A stretch of 62,988 nucleotides of DNA, filler included, from Rhabdomonas costata (GCA_019059605.1; 39 parts of 39 records of this genome joined end to end with filler, not necessarily neighbours in it), one strand, 5' to 3'. Positions 1-13,317 are shown, numbered from the whole stretch's first letter. The notes: generated by a model from the sequence alone, not told the origin. Translations and numbers: made by a program.

Positions 1-1519
1 GTTGTTTGTTACAGCCCTGGTTGTCGAAGCCGTAGAACCCCCACCCAGTCTAATTTTGCACGATGCCCAACGCGTTTTGTACGATGCCCACCACGTTGCC
101 CGTTATTTTGACGATGTGCAGCATTAATATAAAGGTCTAATTGTTTATAACCCTTTACACAATACTGGGCATCGTCAAAAATAACGGGCGTCGTGCTGGG
201 TATCGCTGTTCTTCCCTTCCTTTGGCCGAAAAATGTTTTTCTTCTTTGTTGGCACATTTAGCGTCGTATCCCCTCCTCCTCCTCCTCCGACGCCTTTTGT
301 TCGTATCAATCCCCCCACCGCTTTTTCCAGGGCTTTGGCTGTGAATGCATCGCTAGTACGCCGCGCAACTGCACCGGGCTGCCTTGGATCTTCTACTGTG
401 CGGAATCGGACCAGGTCCTCCTTCATATTTTGCATCCGCGCACAGGCGAGGCCGCTTTTTCAACCTTGTCATTTTTCCAGAAGTGTTTTTCACCCGTGTT
501 TTTGTCCTTAGCAGTTTTAAAGCTGGGTATGATTGGGAGAGCAGGGGTGCTTCTTCGACGTTTTTGCTTTTTAATGGGTGGGTGTCTGGGCTGAGGAAAC
601 TCTGAGACATGCCTTGGGCTCACCGTGCTCTCCAAATTGTTTCTTCCCATGACCGAAAAAAAAACGAGAAAGTTTTCCCCTACTTGGTGAGCGTCGTTTT
701 ATGAAGCTCTCCGAATTTGTAGGGGCTGTTTGCCTACGTGTACACGCAAACCTCACGGAGCTCTCGGTACATCGGCCGCCAGAAGGGCGAGGAGGACGTC
801 CGCGTGCCGCTGGACTTGGTACGCATAACCCACAGAGAGAGTTCCAGGAGAGTGAGTGCAGACATTCTTTCTCAAGATCCGGCTTTTGCCCATATGATGT
901 ATGCAAAAGGTCGGGAACCTCAATAAGCAAACCGAAGAGTTCCCGGAAGGCAGAAGGGATTATCAGCCTTACCAACCGGCGGGCAGACCTCTGCAAGTTT
1001 GGAAAAAAGCTGATGCATGACCCACCAAAGACCGAGCCTGTGAGGGTAGGCTGTGCGCAACGCACAGGTTACTTCAGCGAATGAAGCAGGGCATTATGGA
1101 AACACAGAATTAGATGATGTCTTCCCCTGTGGTGTTTTCTGTGTTGTGGTGGCGCGCTTTCTGCTTGCGATCTGCGGATCGAGTTGGCTTTTTTCGGAAA
1201 AAGTGGATTGTCTTTGTGTTTTTCGATTCCTTTCGTTCCGCTTTTAAGGCCTGCGCTGAAGAAAGCCAAGCGTGTGTTCATGTGGATCGATTGGGGTGTG
1301 ACTTTGCCGAGTAGGAAAATGGGTCTGACTGTTAAGCAGCGTTCACAACTCGCGGTTGAGTAGCGTTTGCTACTCAGAATACCTTTCACCTCATGGTTGA
1401 GCAGCGTTTGCTTCAAAGTCGACTGGTGTGTCTTGTTTCTGGTGGTGGTGGTGGTGGTGGTGGTGGGGATTTGGGCAGGTCCACATTCCAGGAGTGAAAC
1501 CCTGGGATGGAAATGCGGG

Positions 1520-1619
1520 NNNNNNNNNNNNNNNNNNNNNNNNNNNNNNNNNNNNNNNNNNNNTTAATTAATTAANNNNNNNNNNNNNNNNNNNNNNNNN
1601 NNNNNNNNNNNNNNNNNNN
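1520..1619. other. Artificial contig-joining linker (first of 38 identical copies, recurring about every 1.62 kb up to 61373-61472)
   Basis: 44 N + TTAATTAATTAA (stops in all six frames) + 44 N; flanking contigs are about 1500-1520 nt, so size-sorted and unlinked. Confidence 0.99.
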
Positions 1620-1727
1620 TTGTTTGGTTACTTTTCACGTTACAGGGATCTGAGAACAAAGGAAGCCAGTGAGCTTCATGGAAAGCAAGGACAAAAAAAA
1701 CAAGGGATGGAGGTTTCCCTCCTGTAC

Positions 1728-3044
1728 CCGGTGATCCTTATCCATCTCCAGTCGGGTCTTCTCAGCGGCCAGCTGGGTCTCCAGGCGCCGACGGAGATCT
1801 TCCTCGCGCGCCTTGCTCTCCCGCAGTAAAACCCGCTGCTCGTCGAGCTGCCGCTCAAACCTTGGTGACGAACAATACCAAAATAAAATTTTGCACCACC
1901 GGAAGACCACCGCCAGCCGGCCCTCCTTTTCAGGTGAGGCCTCAGTTTCGACATGCAAAGCAACATTCGTGTGGTTCGTTTCCTCTGCTCGAACATCTTC
2001 TCCATTCAAAAAGAAGAAAAATCCGGGCTTGGCCTCCAGTGAGATAAAGTTGACACTGTTCCAAGATGGTGCCACCAATCACCCCCTCATCACTTCACCG
2101 CCTGTTAGGCACCTCAGGATCTTTTTCGCGCTCTGCCCATTTTCACCGGCCTGTGAATAACGCGAGGTAGCGCCAGGGTGCAAGTCACCTGTCGCAAATT
2201 TCCTTGTTCTGCTGGTGGAAAAGTTCCCGTTCGTGCACCAGGGACTGCTCAAACTCCCGTGAGAGCCGGGCACGCTGCTCCAGCAACTCCCGGTCCTGAA
2301 CCACCCAAGAGGCAAGCACGCCACGCAGCCAAGCAAGGCAAATTTATGCACAAGAGAAGTGAACTACCGCATTATGCAATATTGAATATGTGACGAGAAC
2401 TGGACAACAAGCCGCAAGACATAATAAGTTGTGGAGCTGTCATGATGCCTATCGCAAAGGCATTAAAAATGGATCCGATGAATCAGATGTGATGGATTAG
2501 CAAAAAACGGCTCACCTTCGACTTCGACGCTGATCCATAACAAAAACATAACAAAAAGAAGGATCGCAGTCTCTTGGTCTAAATCAACTCCTTCCCCCTA
2601 TTACTCCCGTCATCCCTTCAGTCTCTCATAGTTGCAAGGAAAGCCAAAACACTCACCTTTTCTCCCCCCCCCCCAGTGTGTCCGCTTGTGGAAAATGAGG
2701 AATCACACCCACCAATAAATAAAAAGCACAACGCGATTTCCGCGTCTGCCTTGTGCTTGTATTCGGGGGACAGAGAGGCTGAAAGGAGCAGAGCCTCGAA
2801 AGATTGATGAAGAAAAATCTCCCTGGGAGCGGAGAAAACGGGAAAGGCGAACACTCACCCCACCCACAATGCCCCACGAGGGGTGTCCCGCTCCTTCCTT
2901 ACAGACCTTCTCCAGCAGCAGAGCGTCCTTGCGGCGCAACTCGAGCTCCTTGTCGGCCTCCATGCGCCGGCGGGCCTCACTGAGTTGCTCCTCCCGTTGG
3001 GCCAAGGCAGCGTCTTTCCGGCGAAGGGCCTCTTGCTTTTCCTC
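1728..3044 (-). CDS. Coiled-coil protein, internal exons 3044-2907, 2529-2516 (micro-exon), 1860-1728
   Basis: E/R/K/L-rich peptides EEKQEALRRKDAALAQREEQLSEARRRMEADKELELRRKDALLLEK and FERQLDEQRVLLRESKAREEDLRRRLETQLAAEKTRLEMDKDHR, flanked by AG/GT; phases reconcile via a 14-nt exon. Confidence 0.7.
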
Positions 3045-3239
3045 CTACCATATGCAACCGTGGAGAGCAGCACAGCGGTCACGTTTCTTAAACGCACCCC
3101 TTTTAACTGCAACCCTACAGATGTTATTCCAACCAACANNNNNNNNNNNNNNNNNNNNNNNNNNNNNNNNNNNNNNNNNNNNTTAATTAATTAANNNNNN
3201 NNNNNNNNNNNNNNNNNNNNNNNNNNNNNNNNNNNNNNG

Positions 3240-3395
3240 GGTTTGGTGAGCATCGTGGGGAAGGGTGCTCTGCCGGCCGCTGTGGTAGGGTCAGAAGCGG
3301 AGCGACGGGCGCAGGCCTTGCAGGCGATGATTGAGGAGTACCCCAAGGGCCTTGACCTGCCCTTTGTACAGCTGTGCGAGGGCACGGCTGAGTGA
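3240..3395 (+). CDS. Terminal exon fragment of unknown protein
   Basis: GC3-rich open frame ...EAERRAQALQAMIEEYPKGLDLPFVQLCEGTAE* running from the contig start to a TGA. Confidence 0.45.
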   Translation, partial: GLVSIVGKGALPAAVVGSEAERRAQALQAMIEEYPKGLDLPFVQLCEGTAE

Positions 3396-4135
3396 TTGCG
3401 CCATTTCCCTCCCTTCACGTTCTCTCCGCTTCGGTTGGGTGTCTCAAGTAAACTCTTGGTCCCCTTACCTCCAGTACTATGGACGAGGCACCTTAACTTC
3501 CAGCCTTTACCTCCTGAGATGTTGAGACGTTGAAACACATATGTTTATTTATGCGAGTACGGCATCCCTCTGCTGTGGAAGTCGTGTCAAAATCGAGCTC
3601 TTAGCAAGGTGTGCAACGACAAGAACGATCCGTGCCTTCTGTGTGGGAAGTAAGTCCCTTATCCCTTCTGTCTGAAAGTTTCCAATCGAAAGCGTGAATC
3701 CTCCAGCCATCCATTTGTCCTTTTTTTTGGGGGGGGGATAGTGCCCCGCCTCTTTCTCCCTTTTCAGCTGTTCCTTTTGCTCCAGTGTTTTGTTTCTATT
3801 TCCGTTCTACCTGCGCACTCACTCTCGTCCTCCGTCCGCCGCATCCTCGCTCCCGCTGACCTTTCCCCACTCTTCAGTGCCGCTTGTGAACGTCGGTCGC
3901 CGGGAAGGGTTCGCTTTTGCCGCCCTTCCATCGCTCGCAATTTCTCTGTCACCGGGCGTCCTTCAGTCCCACTGACGGACAAACGCTGCAGCACTTGCCA
4001 AACGCACACGCGTCTCTCTTTCTCTCCTTCTCTCCTTCTCTTCTTGTTTGCCTGCCCGAGATGCCCCGTAGTCCCACCCCCAAGCTCTCTTGTGCCCAGC
4101 TACGCCGCGGCTGCTGCCCGACTTTCCGCCGCCCC

Positions 4136-4382
4136 ATGCGCTGCCAGCTCCCGATTTGGGTACTTCTGGTGAGCCTATCCACGCTCTCCCTCATTGTGGT
4201 TGGGACGCTGACCTTTGAACTTTCCCAGCTGTGGAGCGGGCAGGCCATCGATTTTGTCGCAGTGAAGTACCGGGAGCTCGCGTGTGCCACGGTACAGAGC
4301 CGCGTGATGGATTTCCTGTCCGAGGTCACGACTAGTGTGAGGCAGGTGGCGATGTACGCCGCGGTGTCCACGGTGGGTCCAG
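4136..4382 (+). CDS. First coding exon of a membrane protein with an N-terminal TM helix (sensor / receptor cyclase-like architecture)
   Basis: MRCQLPIWVLLVSLSTLSLIVVGTLTF hydrophobic segment followed by an amphipathic helix; strong donor AG|GTATGT at 4382/4383; pyrimidine tract upstream. Function is inference. Confidence 0.55.
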
Positions 4383-4857
4383 GTATGTGCGTAGTTGGAC
4401 TTACGTCTCTCGCTCACTCCTGGTCGAAACTGCTGCACGGTTTTGAGTGTGGGGCTTTGATTTGCCCTGCAGTTATTCAGAATATAAGTTTATTGAACAG
4501 CGGAAGGCTCAGGAAAGTTTCACCAACCTGTGGACTCCAGTCGCAGCCAAGACCGAAAGGGATGTGATGCCTACAATGTTAAGAGCCGCCAAACCGGACA
4601 CCCCGCTGCTGAGCAACGGCTAGTGCGCGAGAATATGAGAGCTAGTTTTGAACTTACAGTCACGAAAACCTACGGCAGTACCATTTCATGGGATCCTAAG
4701 GGCGGTATACCCCACTAGCATCCGACAAGCAGCCAAGAGCATCAATACCACCCACACNNNNNNNNNNNNNNNNNNNNNNNNNNNNNNNNNNNNNNNNNNN
4801 NTTAATTAATTAANNNNNNNNNNNNNNNNNNNNNNNNNNNNNNNNNNNNNNNNNNNN

Positions 4858-5570
4858 GGGGGGGGGTGTTGACTGTCACGGATCGGGCTACAAGGATGGT
4901 GATTCTGATAACATGCCACAATGAAATAAATGTGGGAGACATTGCAGAGTTGTTTTGGTGGAAGTGGTCAGACATTATGGGTTGCTGAGAAGTATAGTGA
5001 GTGACAAAGATTCGGTTTTTATGTAGTTGTTATGGAGAGATTTGATGGCTTTCTTAAACATCCGTAAAAGAAGATCCTCGCCACACCATCCACAGACAAA
5101 CGGATAAGCAGAGCTAACCAATCAGACAATGAAGCACGCTGATGTATTCGCATCAGGTGTTTATGGAGATCGCGATCAACAGTGCACCCATCGCAAACAC
5201 GTAGTACAGTCAATTCTATCTCAACTACGGGTATCAACCAGTGTTTTGGTGGGATCTGCCAGAGACAGCAGAGCAAGGTGCAGGATCAGCAAGAGCTCAA
5301 GTGAGGTACCATGTCAAGAGAATGAAGGCGATCTAGAAGAAATTGCGGGAGGCATTTGAGAGATAATGCCAATCGCACGATGGCAGAATAAAAGTTCAGT
5401 GTGGTTCAGTATGTGTTGATCAGTAAAAGGAGGTAAGCTTATGCCAAAGGCCGTGGGACTTTTTACCATTATCAAGAAGATTACAAATACGACCTTTTTG
5501 TTAGACATTCCTAATGAAGTGAGTGGAAGAGCGCATCCGGTGTTCAATTCAAGTGATATAATCCGTACGA
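4858..5570 (+). mobile_element. Degenerate Ty3/Gypsy LTR retrotransposon integrase (core plus GPY/F region), frameshifted
   Basis: LTVTDRATRMVILI, IAELFWW, YGLLRSIVSDKD, and KLMPKAVGLFTIIKKITNTTFLLDIP...HPVFN; several frameshifts and stops. Confidence 0.85.
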
Positions 5571-8500
5571 GCAGTGGTGTTGGAACCAGTGGGAATGTTA
5601 CCAGAGGATGAAGGTGATGGTGATGAAGATGATGAAAAAGGACCAGATGAAGATGGTGTCGACGATGGTTTAACCCCACCAGCAGACCAAAGTGTCAGGC
5701 CACAAAGAAGTTCAGCGATTGCGACTAAAAATTACAGAAAAGTGAGTCAGAGGTTGTCGGAAAGTTCAGTAGAAAAGGAAGAGTAGAGCGGATAGCATAC
5801 TCCGTTGAGAAGGCCGGATTTCGTAAAAGATGTCGAGGAAGTACGAGGGATTGACCCGGTGGAGCCCTGACGAGGAGGAAGGTGAAGTAGTTCCGGAGAG
5901 TTTGGACGTTCCAGCCAGACCAGAGCGTAAGAAGCGTAAGATGAAGATTTTGATAATGATGAGCTTTCAGGATGTGAAGACGTTGTAGCGGTAGAACCGG
6001 AGCAGTAAAATTGTTGCCAAGAGCCAGATTTGGAGGAAGTAAGTGCGTCTGGTGCAGAAGCAGGATTGAAGGACGATGCCAAAGAAGAATGCGGAAAGGA
6101 TGGTACGGACAGAGACCGTAAGTGGAGGCGCAAGCGGTGGAAGTTTACCCCGAAGCCAGAGCTTGTGGAGAACGCATGGCGGAGCGTTCAGAGAGTTGCA
6201 AGAAAAGAAGGATAGGAGGTCCGTACAATTTTGTTAACAAGGGCACACCGATGGGTCGCTTGACACGCTGCGAGTCAATTTTGAGGATTCTGCACTGAAT
6301 GAGACGGATGAAGAGAATTCCCAAGAGAATATGCATGAAGAGGTAATGTTGCGTCCAACTGCTGGAAACGCTATACNNNNNNNNNNNNNNNNNNNNNNNN
6401 NNNNNNNNNNNNNNNNNNNNTTAATTAATTAANNNNNNNNNNNNNNNNNNNNNNNNNNNNNNNNNNNNNNNNNNNNGTTTTTTTGGGCCTTTAAACGTGC
6501 TGGTCTCAAGTGCGTTATACATCAGGTGCATTATACATACCATGGAGTTTGAGATCATCTGGATTCCATCCTCCAGGAGGTGAGTTTTATGTGGCATCAA
6601 TGCTACCACAAGCACACATTGTATTGCACATTTGGGCGCTAGATCCCTGTGATGATTGCGAATGTGGACTGCTTGCCAAAGGATATGCTATTGGTGCAGT
6701 TATGGCGTGTGGACATGGTACAGAACCAACTATTCACGACAATTTTTCTCTTTTTTGTGGTGAGACAAAAGAACAACTACCATTGAAAAAGTGAATAATT
6801 GAGGAACTAATTTGGCCAGCGAGCCAAAATGTATTCAATGCTTTGCAGCTGCTTAAAAACAGTCATTTAATGAAAGACAAAAAACCACTCAAGTGCATTC
6901 TACACTTGACAATCATCCACTACTCCACGTGGCATCAGCGATGAATGTAGTACGGGATTAATCACATGGGTTTCTACAAGATTCCGCAATTACGTGAATT
7001 AAAATACAACAAATTCTAACATGTTGGAAAAGGAAGATACGCCAAAATCCAAAAAAAACAAATTCCTGATTTAAATGAAGCACAACCATTAACGAGTGTA
7101 AAATCAAATGGAGCTAGTGTTGGAGGTAATTAATGTAATGTAGCTAATGAATAATTGCCCAGATGTCCATTTGTTTACCCGATAAAGTAGCACATAGAAC
7201 ATACCATCGCAAACTACTGAAAATGCGCTGAAATAGATCATTTTGCTACAACAAACTGCCACTGCAAGTAGCATTAGGTGAACGTTTCAGTTGGAAACCA
7301 AGTGGTACAGAATGTTTAGATAATGATGACTTTTATTATGGCATGAACAGCCATCAGGGCAGTTGGATAAGTCGTTGCATGCACACAACCTTCTGCAGAT
7401 ACTGGTACTTTTTACCAAATCAAAGTAAATAGAACTAATGATAAAGCATTCGAGAAAAAGTACCCAGCCAACCAAGGAAGTAGTGTGTGTCTCAACGACT
7501 TGAACAGCAATAAATCAGTGCAGATATATATCATCTGTCAGACAAAGTCCTGCAGCATTTGCAGATTCAATTCCAGTTCGGTTCGCACGGTGCTAACAGA
7601 CGTGTGCCAAGGCGCCGCCGCTTCTACACGGTGAGGGGGTCAAACGCTGATGGCTTAGAGTTCCATGTTGACGGCTCCGGTTTGTGGTGTGGCTGTGGAA
7701 TTTCAAGGACGGTCGACGGATCACAGGGGCTCAGATCAAGTGAAGCGCGGTGGAGCATGTCTTCTTATGGGCGAAGACTGTCCATTCGTCCTTGAAATCC
7801 ACCATGTCAGTTGGTAGGTGTTAATGAATGGAAGCCACCACACCTTCTGGTTGGCACAGAACTGGATCTGCGCACCATGGAGAATAGATCATCCCAGCTA
7901 ATCGAGGACACGCTCCGTCTCGAGGCATTAGAGGAGGATGTGCAGACAGAATATTCAATCGGAGCGATGCACTCCAAGGCACGCGAGCATTGCGCNNNNN
8001 NNNNNNNNNNNNNNNNNNNNNNNNNNNNNNNNNNNNNNNTTAATTAATTAANNNNNNNNNNNNNNNNNNNNNNNNNNNNNNNNNNNNNNNNNNNNTGTGT
8101 TGGTTAGCTGGTAGGGAAGTCTTTTCTTATGTGCTGCGCTTTCCATCTTGACATTGAGAGGTGGAATAGTGTTATTAGAAGCTGAAGATTTGGACTGCAT
8201 GGGGTTTATAGCAAAAGTCAGAAAATGTTGTTCTCTCGTTGTTAAGCATTTGGGGCGCCTTCCTATATTGTTTTTGAAGCGCCAATGCCAGTTGCTGTCA
8301 ATTGCACACGAAGGGCGGATGATATAGGCTGTATTTGGCCATATTTTTGCGCTTTTGCGTGAATGGCGCGGTAGCAAGTTATCAGGACCGCTCTTCCTCC
8401 AATTGAAGGAGAGTATCTCAGGAACGCAGGCTGACAGAGGAATCACGGGAGAATTCACACCCCAACACAAAAGCAGTCAACGTTTTGCACAACTGGATTG

Positions 8501-10063
8501 AACACCCCCCCTCTCCCCCAGTCATGGTCAATGTTGGGGCATATCGGTACATTGTCATAGAGAGTTCATTGCTGCGGGGACGAATTTTCAGCATTGACGT
8601 ATTGGGGTGAAAGGGGGGGTGTTCAATATGTTTTGCAAAACGTTGAGTGCGGGAGTGACCACATTGAAAACTCGCACGTCTCGACATGATGGGCTTGTGG
8701 TGGGCTTGAAACTCAACTCTGTGGTTGCCGTGTGGTTTTTGTACGGAATGTGTTCCCTCACTTGCCCCAGAGCTGTGGGCGGTCCCTGCTGCTGCAGCGG
8801 CTGACCCCGCGGTCGGGCGAGTCTTCGTCCGACAGCTCGTGGTGGGGCTGCCGCAGGCGTGTGGGGGGACCCGGCTGCAGGCATACCGCGGGCACCACCA
8901 CCACGGTGCTCATCAGCTCTGCCTCACCAAAAAAGGTAAGTACACATACCAACAACCAGCAGACTGTGGGTGGTGCATTAAATGAAATACTCACTTGGAA
9001 CTCACCCATCCCTCAGTGTATTGGTTATCACCCGCCTGGGCTCTCATATAGCCACGGCCATCGCAAGCACCTTCCTCTCCACTCGTAAGTACCTTCCTCT
9101 GGATCCCTTCGTCGCTTCATTTTACTGTGGAACAACGCTGCAAAAGAGAAAAACAAACCAAAATGGGTGAAAGCGGATGGTGTCCGCCCACCGAGTCGAG
9201 TAGTTGTACAGTTGTACCGTAGTTTTTTGTACCGTAGTTTTTTGCTTTGTTTGGGCCGATCTCAATGTATGAGAAGGAAAATGATCCACCAGTGTCCAGA
9301 TAACCTGCTTTTAGTTTTGTATGTTCGGTTCGACAATGTGCTCCTCATACTTAGTCTCGTCCACCTCTTGATAGGAAGGTGAGATGGCACCCCCGGATGA
9401 CAATTTCTGCATCTCCCCTGTTTATTATCATCACCTGACGGATGTGCCTTTGTTTTCCTGTTTCCCCGTGGACCCTCTCCTCCTATGCCACCCCTTAAGT
9501 GCGGTGGTGATGCACATTTTGCACCCGGTTCGACATTCATTACCCGGCTACTTACTGGCCGCGGGAGAGTGGGGAAATGGAGGTTTGTTAAATCCCAGGA
9601 TTATACCACAAAACNNNNNNNNNNNNNNNNNNNNNNNNNNNNNNNNNNNNNNNNNNNNTTAATTAATTAANNNNNNNNNNNNNNNNNNNNNNNNNNNNNN
9701 NNNNNNNNNNNNNNAAGGTGAAAACGTGCCGGTCCGCCGGGTTTTTTTGGACACACACACACCGGATTTGAGTACATTAAGCAAAGTAGCTCCACTTTGG
9801 TGGCTACAAGAAATCTCAATGGAGAGAGATCAACGCCGATGTTCTCCGTGCCCTTCTTGTGCGAACCCTAAGGTGATCTCTGCGATTTTCCGGTTCATGC
9901 ATCTGCGTGCACTTGTGTGGTAGCCTGTGTGCAGCAGCCGACGCTCTCGTGATCGTTTTAAGAGGGCTCTTGGAGAAGTAGCAGCTGGGTTTAGTCATCT
10001 GCTTTTGCCTCGGCGAAATGACGGGCTAATGCGACACGTGGTTCGTGGCTATGCGGCACGCAG

Positions 10064-10842
10064 GCCGGTGACTCCGCGGAGGTGGTGATTCAGGACGTCA
10101 CCCCACCGAAGCCTACATCTCCGGACGTCCCCCCGTCGGGTGGGGACGGCGGCGTAGCCCCCACGGCCGAGGGCGAACTCCCAGCTGCCGGTTCCTCTTC
10201 GGACATCTTTCTACTGGAGGTGCTGCCCAGCCGCTACCCAATCGCTCTCATGCCCTGGCATCGAGGAGTTGTGTGTCGGTGCCTCCTCCTTTAATGGCTC
10301 GCCGGTGAAGAAAAACAAGGCTTTACGGCTTTAGGAATTCTAACTGTCAGAAGGAGCGTGAAAAGAGTGTGGCACATCGTTTCATTCCATCAGCCACTCC
10401 AGTACGCATCGTATGCCCTTGCTTGGGTTGGGTGGGTCAAGCATAGGTCCCGGTGGGGGTTTTGATCCATGACTGAACAAGGGGCAGCGTAAATTTTGAG
10501 AGGTGATTGACTAGGATCGATCGTGATTGGTGATCGACCCCGCCATTTTATGCCCAAATTTTTACCATGATGCCTCGCAGGAATACGCAAATGGCTGTGT
10601 GCAGGGTGACTGCTGGCTATGTGAGTTTCTTTTCCCGGGAACAGAACGAGTGGACGATCTGGTTTGACGACGCGGTGGAGCGCCACATGACCTCCTCGCA
10701 GTTCGTCAGCTCCCTGAGGGAGCTGGGCTCGTTCAACAGTGTGCAAGGGTTCTGGGGGTACTGGAATAACCTCCACATCGACTCCTTGCGCGGCAACTGC
10801 AACTTGCACATCTTCAAGAAGGGCATCACTCCAATGTGGGAG
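10064..10842 (+). CDS. eIF4E: eIF4E-family cap-binding protein, exons 10064-10219 and 10645-10842
   Basis: Spliced ...DIFLLE|NEWTIWFDD...LGSFNSVQGFWGYWNN...LHIFKKGITPMWE matches the eIF4E WxxW, FW and FKxGIxPMWE motifs; phase-0 GT-AG intron 10220-10644. Confidence 0.92.
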
Positions 10843-12952
10843 GTCACCCCCCTCCCCCCACCCCTGAGGGACGAATGGCACCGTGGCTATTCTTAATTTT
10901 GCTGGGTTTTGACATTTGGCTGGGTTCTGGGACGCAGTCTTTTAATGCTGGTCCACCAACATGGGGGAAATGTTTGGGACATTCCTGTTTTTATAGTAAT
11001 GGAAGCAGGATGCGGTCCGGGTGAATGTGGATGTGCCCGTGTTTTTAATGAAGTTGATGCGAGTCCCCTTTCCCTTTCTGAACTGAAATCAGCAGGCCAC
11101 CGCGTCTAGAAGGTTAGTTCACGTTCCTAAATTGCAACATGCTCATCGGCAAGGTTCTTTATTGTGCCCACGTGAAGGCTCTCCAATGTTGTGCTTTTTA
11201 TCTTTTGCACGCTGTGCAGGGTCCCACAACCCCNNNNNNNNNNNNNNNNNNNNNNNNNNNNNNNNNNNNNNNNNNNNTTAATTAATTAANNNNNNNNNNN
11301 NNNNNNNNNNNNNNNNNNNNNNNNNNNNNNNNNTGTGGGAACAGCGTAGTTGCATCGAGGATCAGTTAATTGGGGACCGGAGGGGACTGGACCCCGCGAA
11401 GACACCTGCCCCATGACGGGCTCCAAGGAGCGCGAAAGAAGCGCCGATCTGCTGGAATAGCCGTCCTCTTCTTCCTCGGAAGATTTGTGTTCACCCGCAG
11501 GTTCAGGTTTGGTGCTGTCCAATTCATTCACATCGGTGAAGGGAGCAACCGCAGCGCTCGCCGGTGGAGAGTTTACGCCAGAATTTTTCGAAGCAAAAGG
11601 GAGGGAGCGGGCTCCGCAATGCACGGAGCAGCATTTCAATTGGAAAGTGAAACTAAATTAACGGATTTCCAATTCTGGACCTCTCCCTGTCGGGAATTCT
11701 TCTTTAATGAATGAGTGAGTGAGTGGGGCGGTTAATGTTTAAGAGTGACGGCCAAAGGATTGCTGTAAATCCTTTGGCAATGCTAATAGGGTGTACAGAT
11801 GACCCTCAGATGGCTCTCCGTGGCAAAGATGACGTATTTCATGGTCAAAGAAAAAACCCATATGACAAAATGAATGAAGGCATTCAGACACCACATAACA
11901 GAGAATCGCACGCACCATCTCAAACGGAAGTGCTATTCAGTTGAATTCATGCCGGGGACGTTCATGCAAACTCAGAGGATTACAGTGCAGCCTGCGTTTC
12001 TTACCAATGAAACTTTTCTATATCGGCCTGCTCTCGAGAATTGCAGAGGCAGCTTCCTGGAGTCTTTGAGTGTCGTGGTATAGTGCAGGGGGTGGCCGTA
12101 AGAGTCCATGCCAGGCCCAATGGCAGCAACCCACTGCGTTGCAGAGAAGGGGCGTCGGCTCTGTTGGCAAGGGATGAGCTGATCCCCACAAAAGCATGCA
12201 AGCCAACGGCCAACGGGCCGGGTTCCTCTCATTCGTCTGTGCTCCACCACTCACGCACTCCCTGTTTTTTCCCTTCCAAAACAAAACACAACGACAGTTG
12301 TCAAATCTCAGAGAGAAACAGGAGACAGTTTGGTGACCTTCTGAATAAAAAGGAAGGGAAACCGTGAGGGCTAAGTCGAAGCAGGCCTGAGGTCTCTTGC
12401 GTATTTGTGTATGAAGCAGGCGTCCCCAAACGCCTGATGGTATTATCAGTGATCTTCCTACGCCCTTCTCTGAAAGTTGGGATGATAGGCGCACTTTTCA
12501 TTGTGTGATTTCGGTGAACAGCGCGATTCCTCTTTTTGACTACCTTACTCCTGACAATGAGCGCAACGTTCTCAGCGCAACGTTCTCCGGCGATCTCGGA
12601 AAATATATGGCTTACAGCGATGCACGATGCCTCCGCAACAGCACCAAAGGCGAGACAAGCGGACGGAATCACTATGTGGTAGAAAGCTGCGCACAGAAGT
12701 TCTGCTCAGAATACAGGCGGATAGACAAGACGCTGACACGGCAGTTCCTGATCCACTGTGCATAGACACAGTGCCCATTCACAACACAGACACACAGACA
12801 GAGATAACAATCATTATCAATCATATCAAACGTGCCCAACATACAAACCACGNNNNNNNNNNNNNNNNNNNNNNNNNNNNNNNNNNNNNNNNNNNNTTAA
12901 TTAATTAANNNNNNNNNNNNNNNNNNNNNNNNNNNNNNNNNNNNNNNNNNNN

Positions 12953-13317
12953 GGTGTGGTTTGGTAGTGCTTCGTTAGGCAGTGCGCCTTTAGCATGTCT
13001 GTGAACTGGTCCCATGAGGAAAAGGCTTGCCCGTTAGCGAAGATGCCTCGTGCCGCGTCTCCAAAGGCCCCTTGGGCGTAGCGGATGGCAACTTGGTCTG
13101 GGACTTCTCGCTTGCATTGTCTTTCGTTCACCCTAACCAGCCAGCCCATGAAGTGTTTTAGCCTGCCGTTGAACGTTTGGAACTCAGGAGCTTTTTCCTG
13201 TAGTTTCCGTATTCCGGCGGCTTCAGCTGAACGTGCGCCGGAGACTGCTTGGAAAGAGGCGCCGGTAGCTTGTACGAAGTTTTGCATGGTCATTAGATGG
13301 GGATGGTTCTGATCCAT
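12953..13317 (-). mobile_element. Ty3/Gypsy Gag N-terminal ORF (truncated by contig end)
   Basis: PEFQTFNG...WL...AIRYAQGAFGDAARGIF...FSSWDQFTDMLKAH resembles retrotransposon Gag; lies about 340 nt downstream of a PBS. Confidence 0.75.

Noticed and set aside
8885-8920. Hammerhead-like CTGATGA followed by a GCACC/GGTGC stem on the minus strand
   Set aside because: The required GAAA core does not follow the stem.
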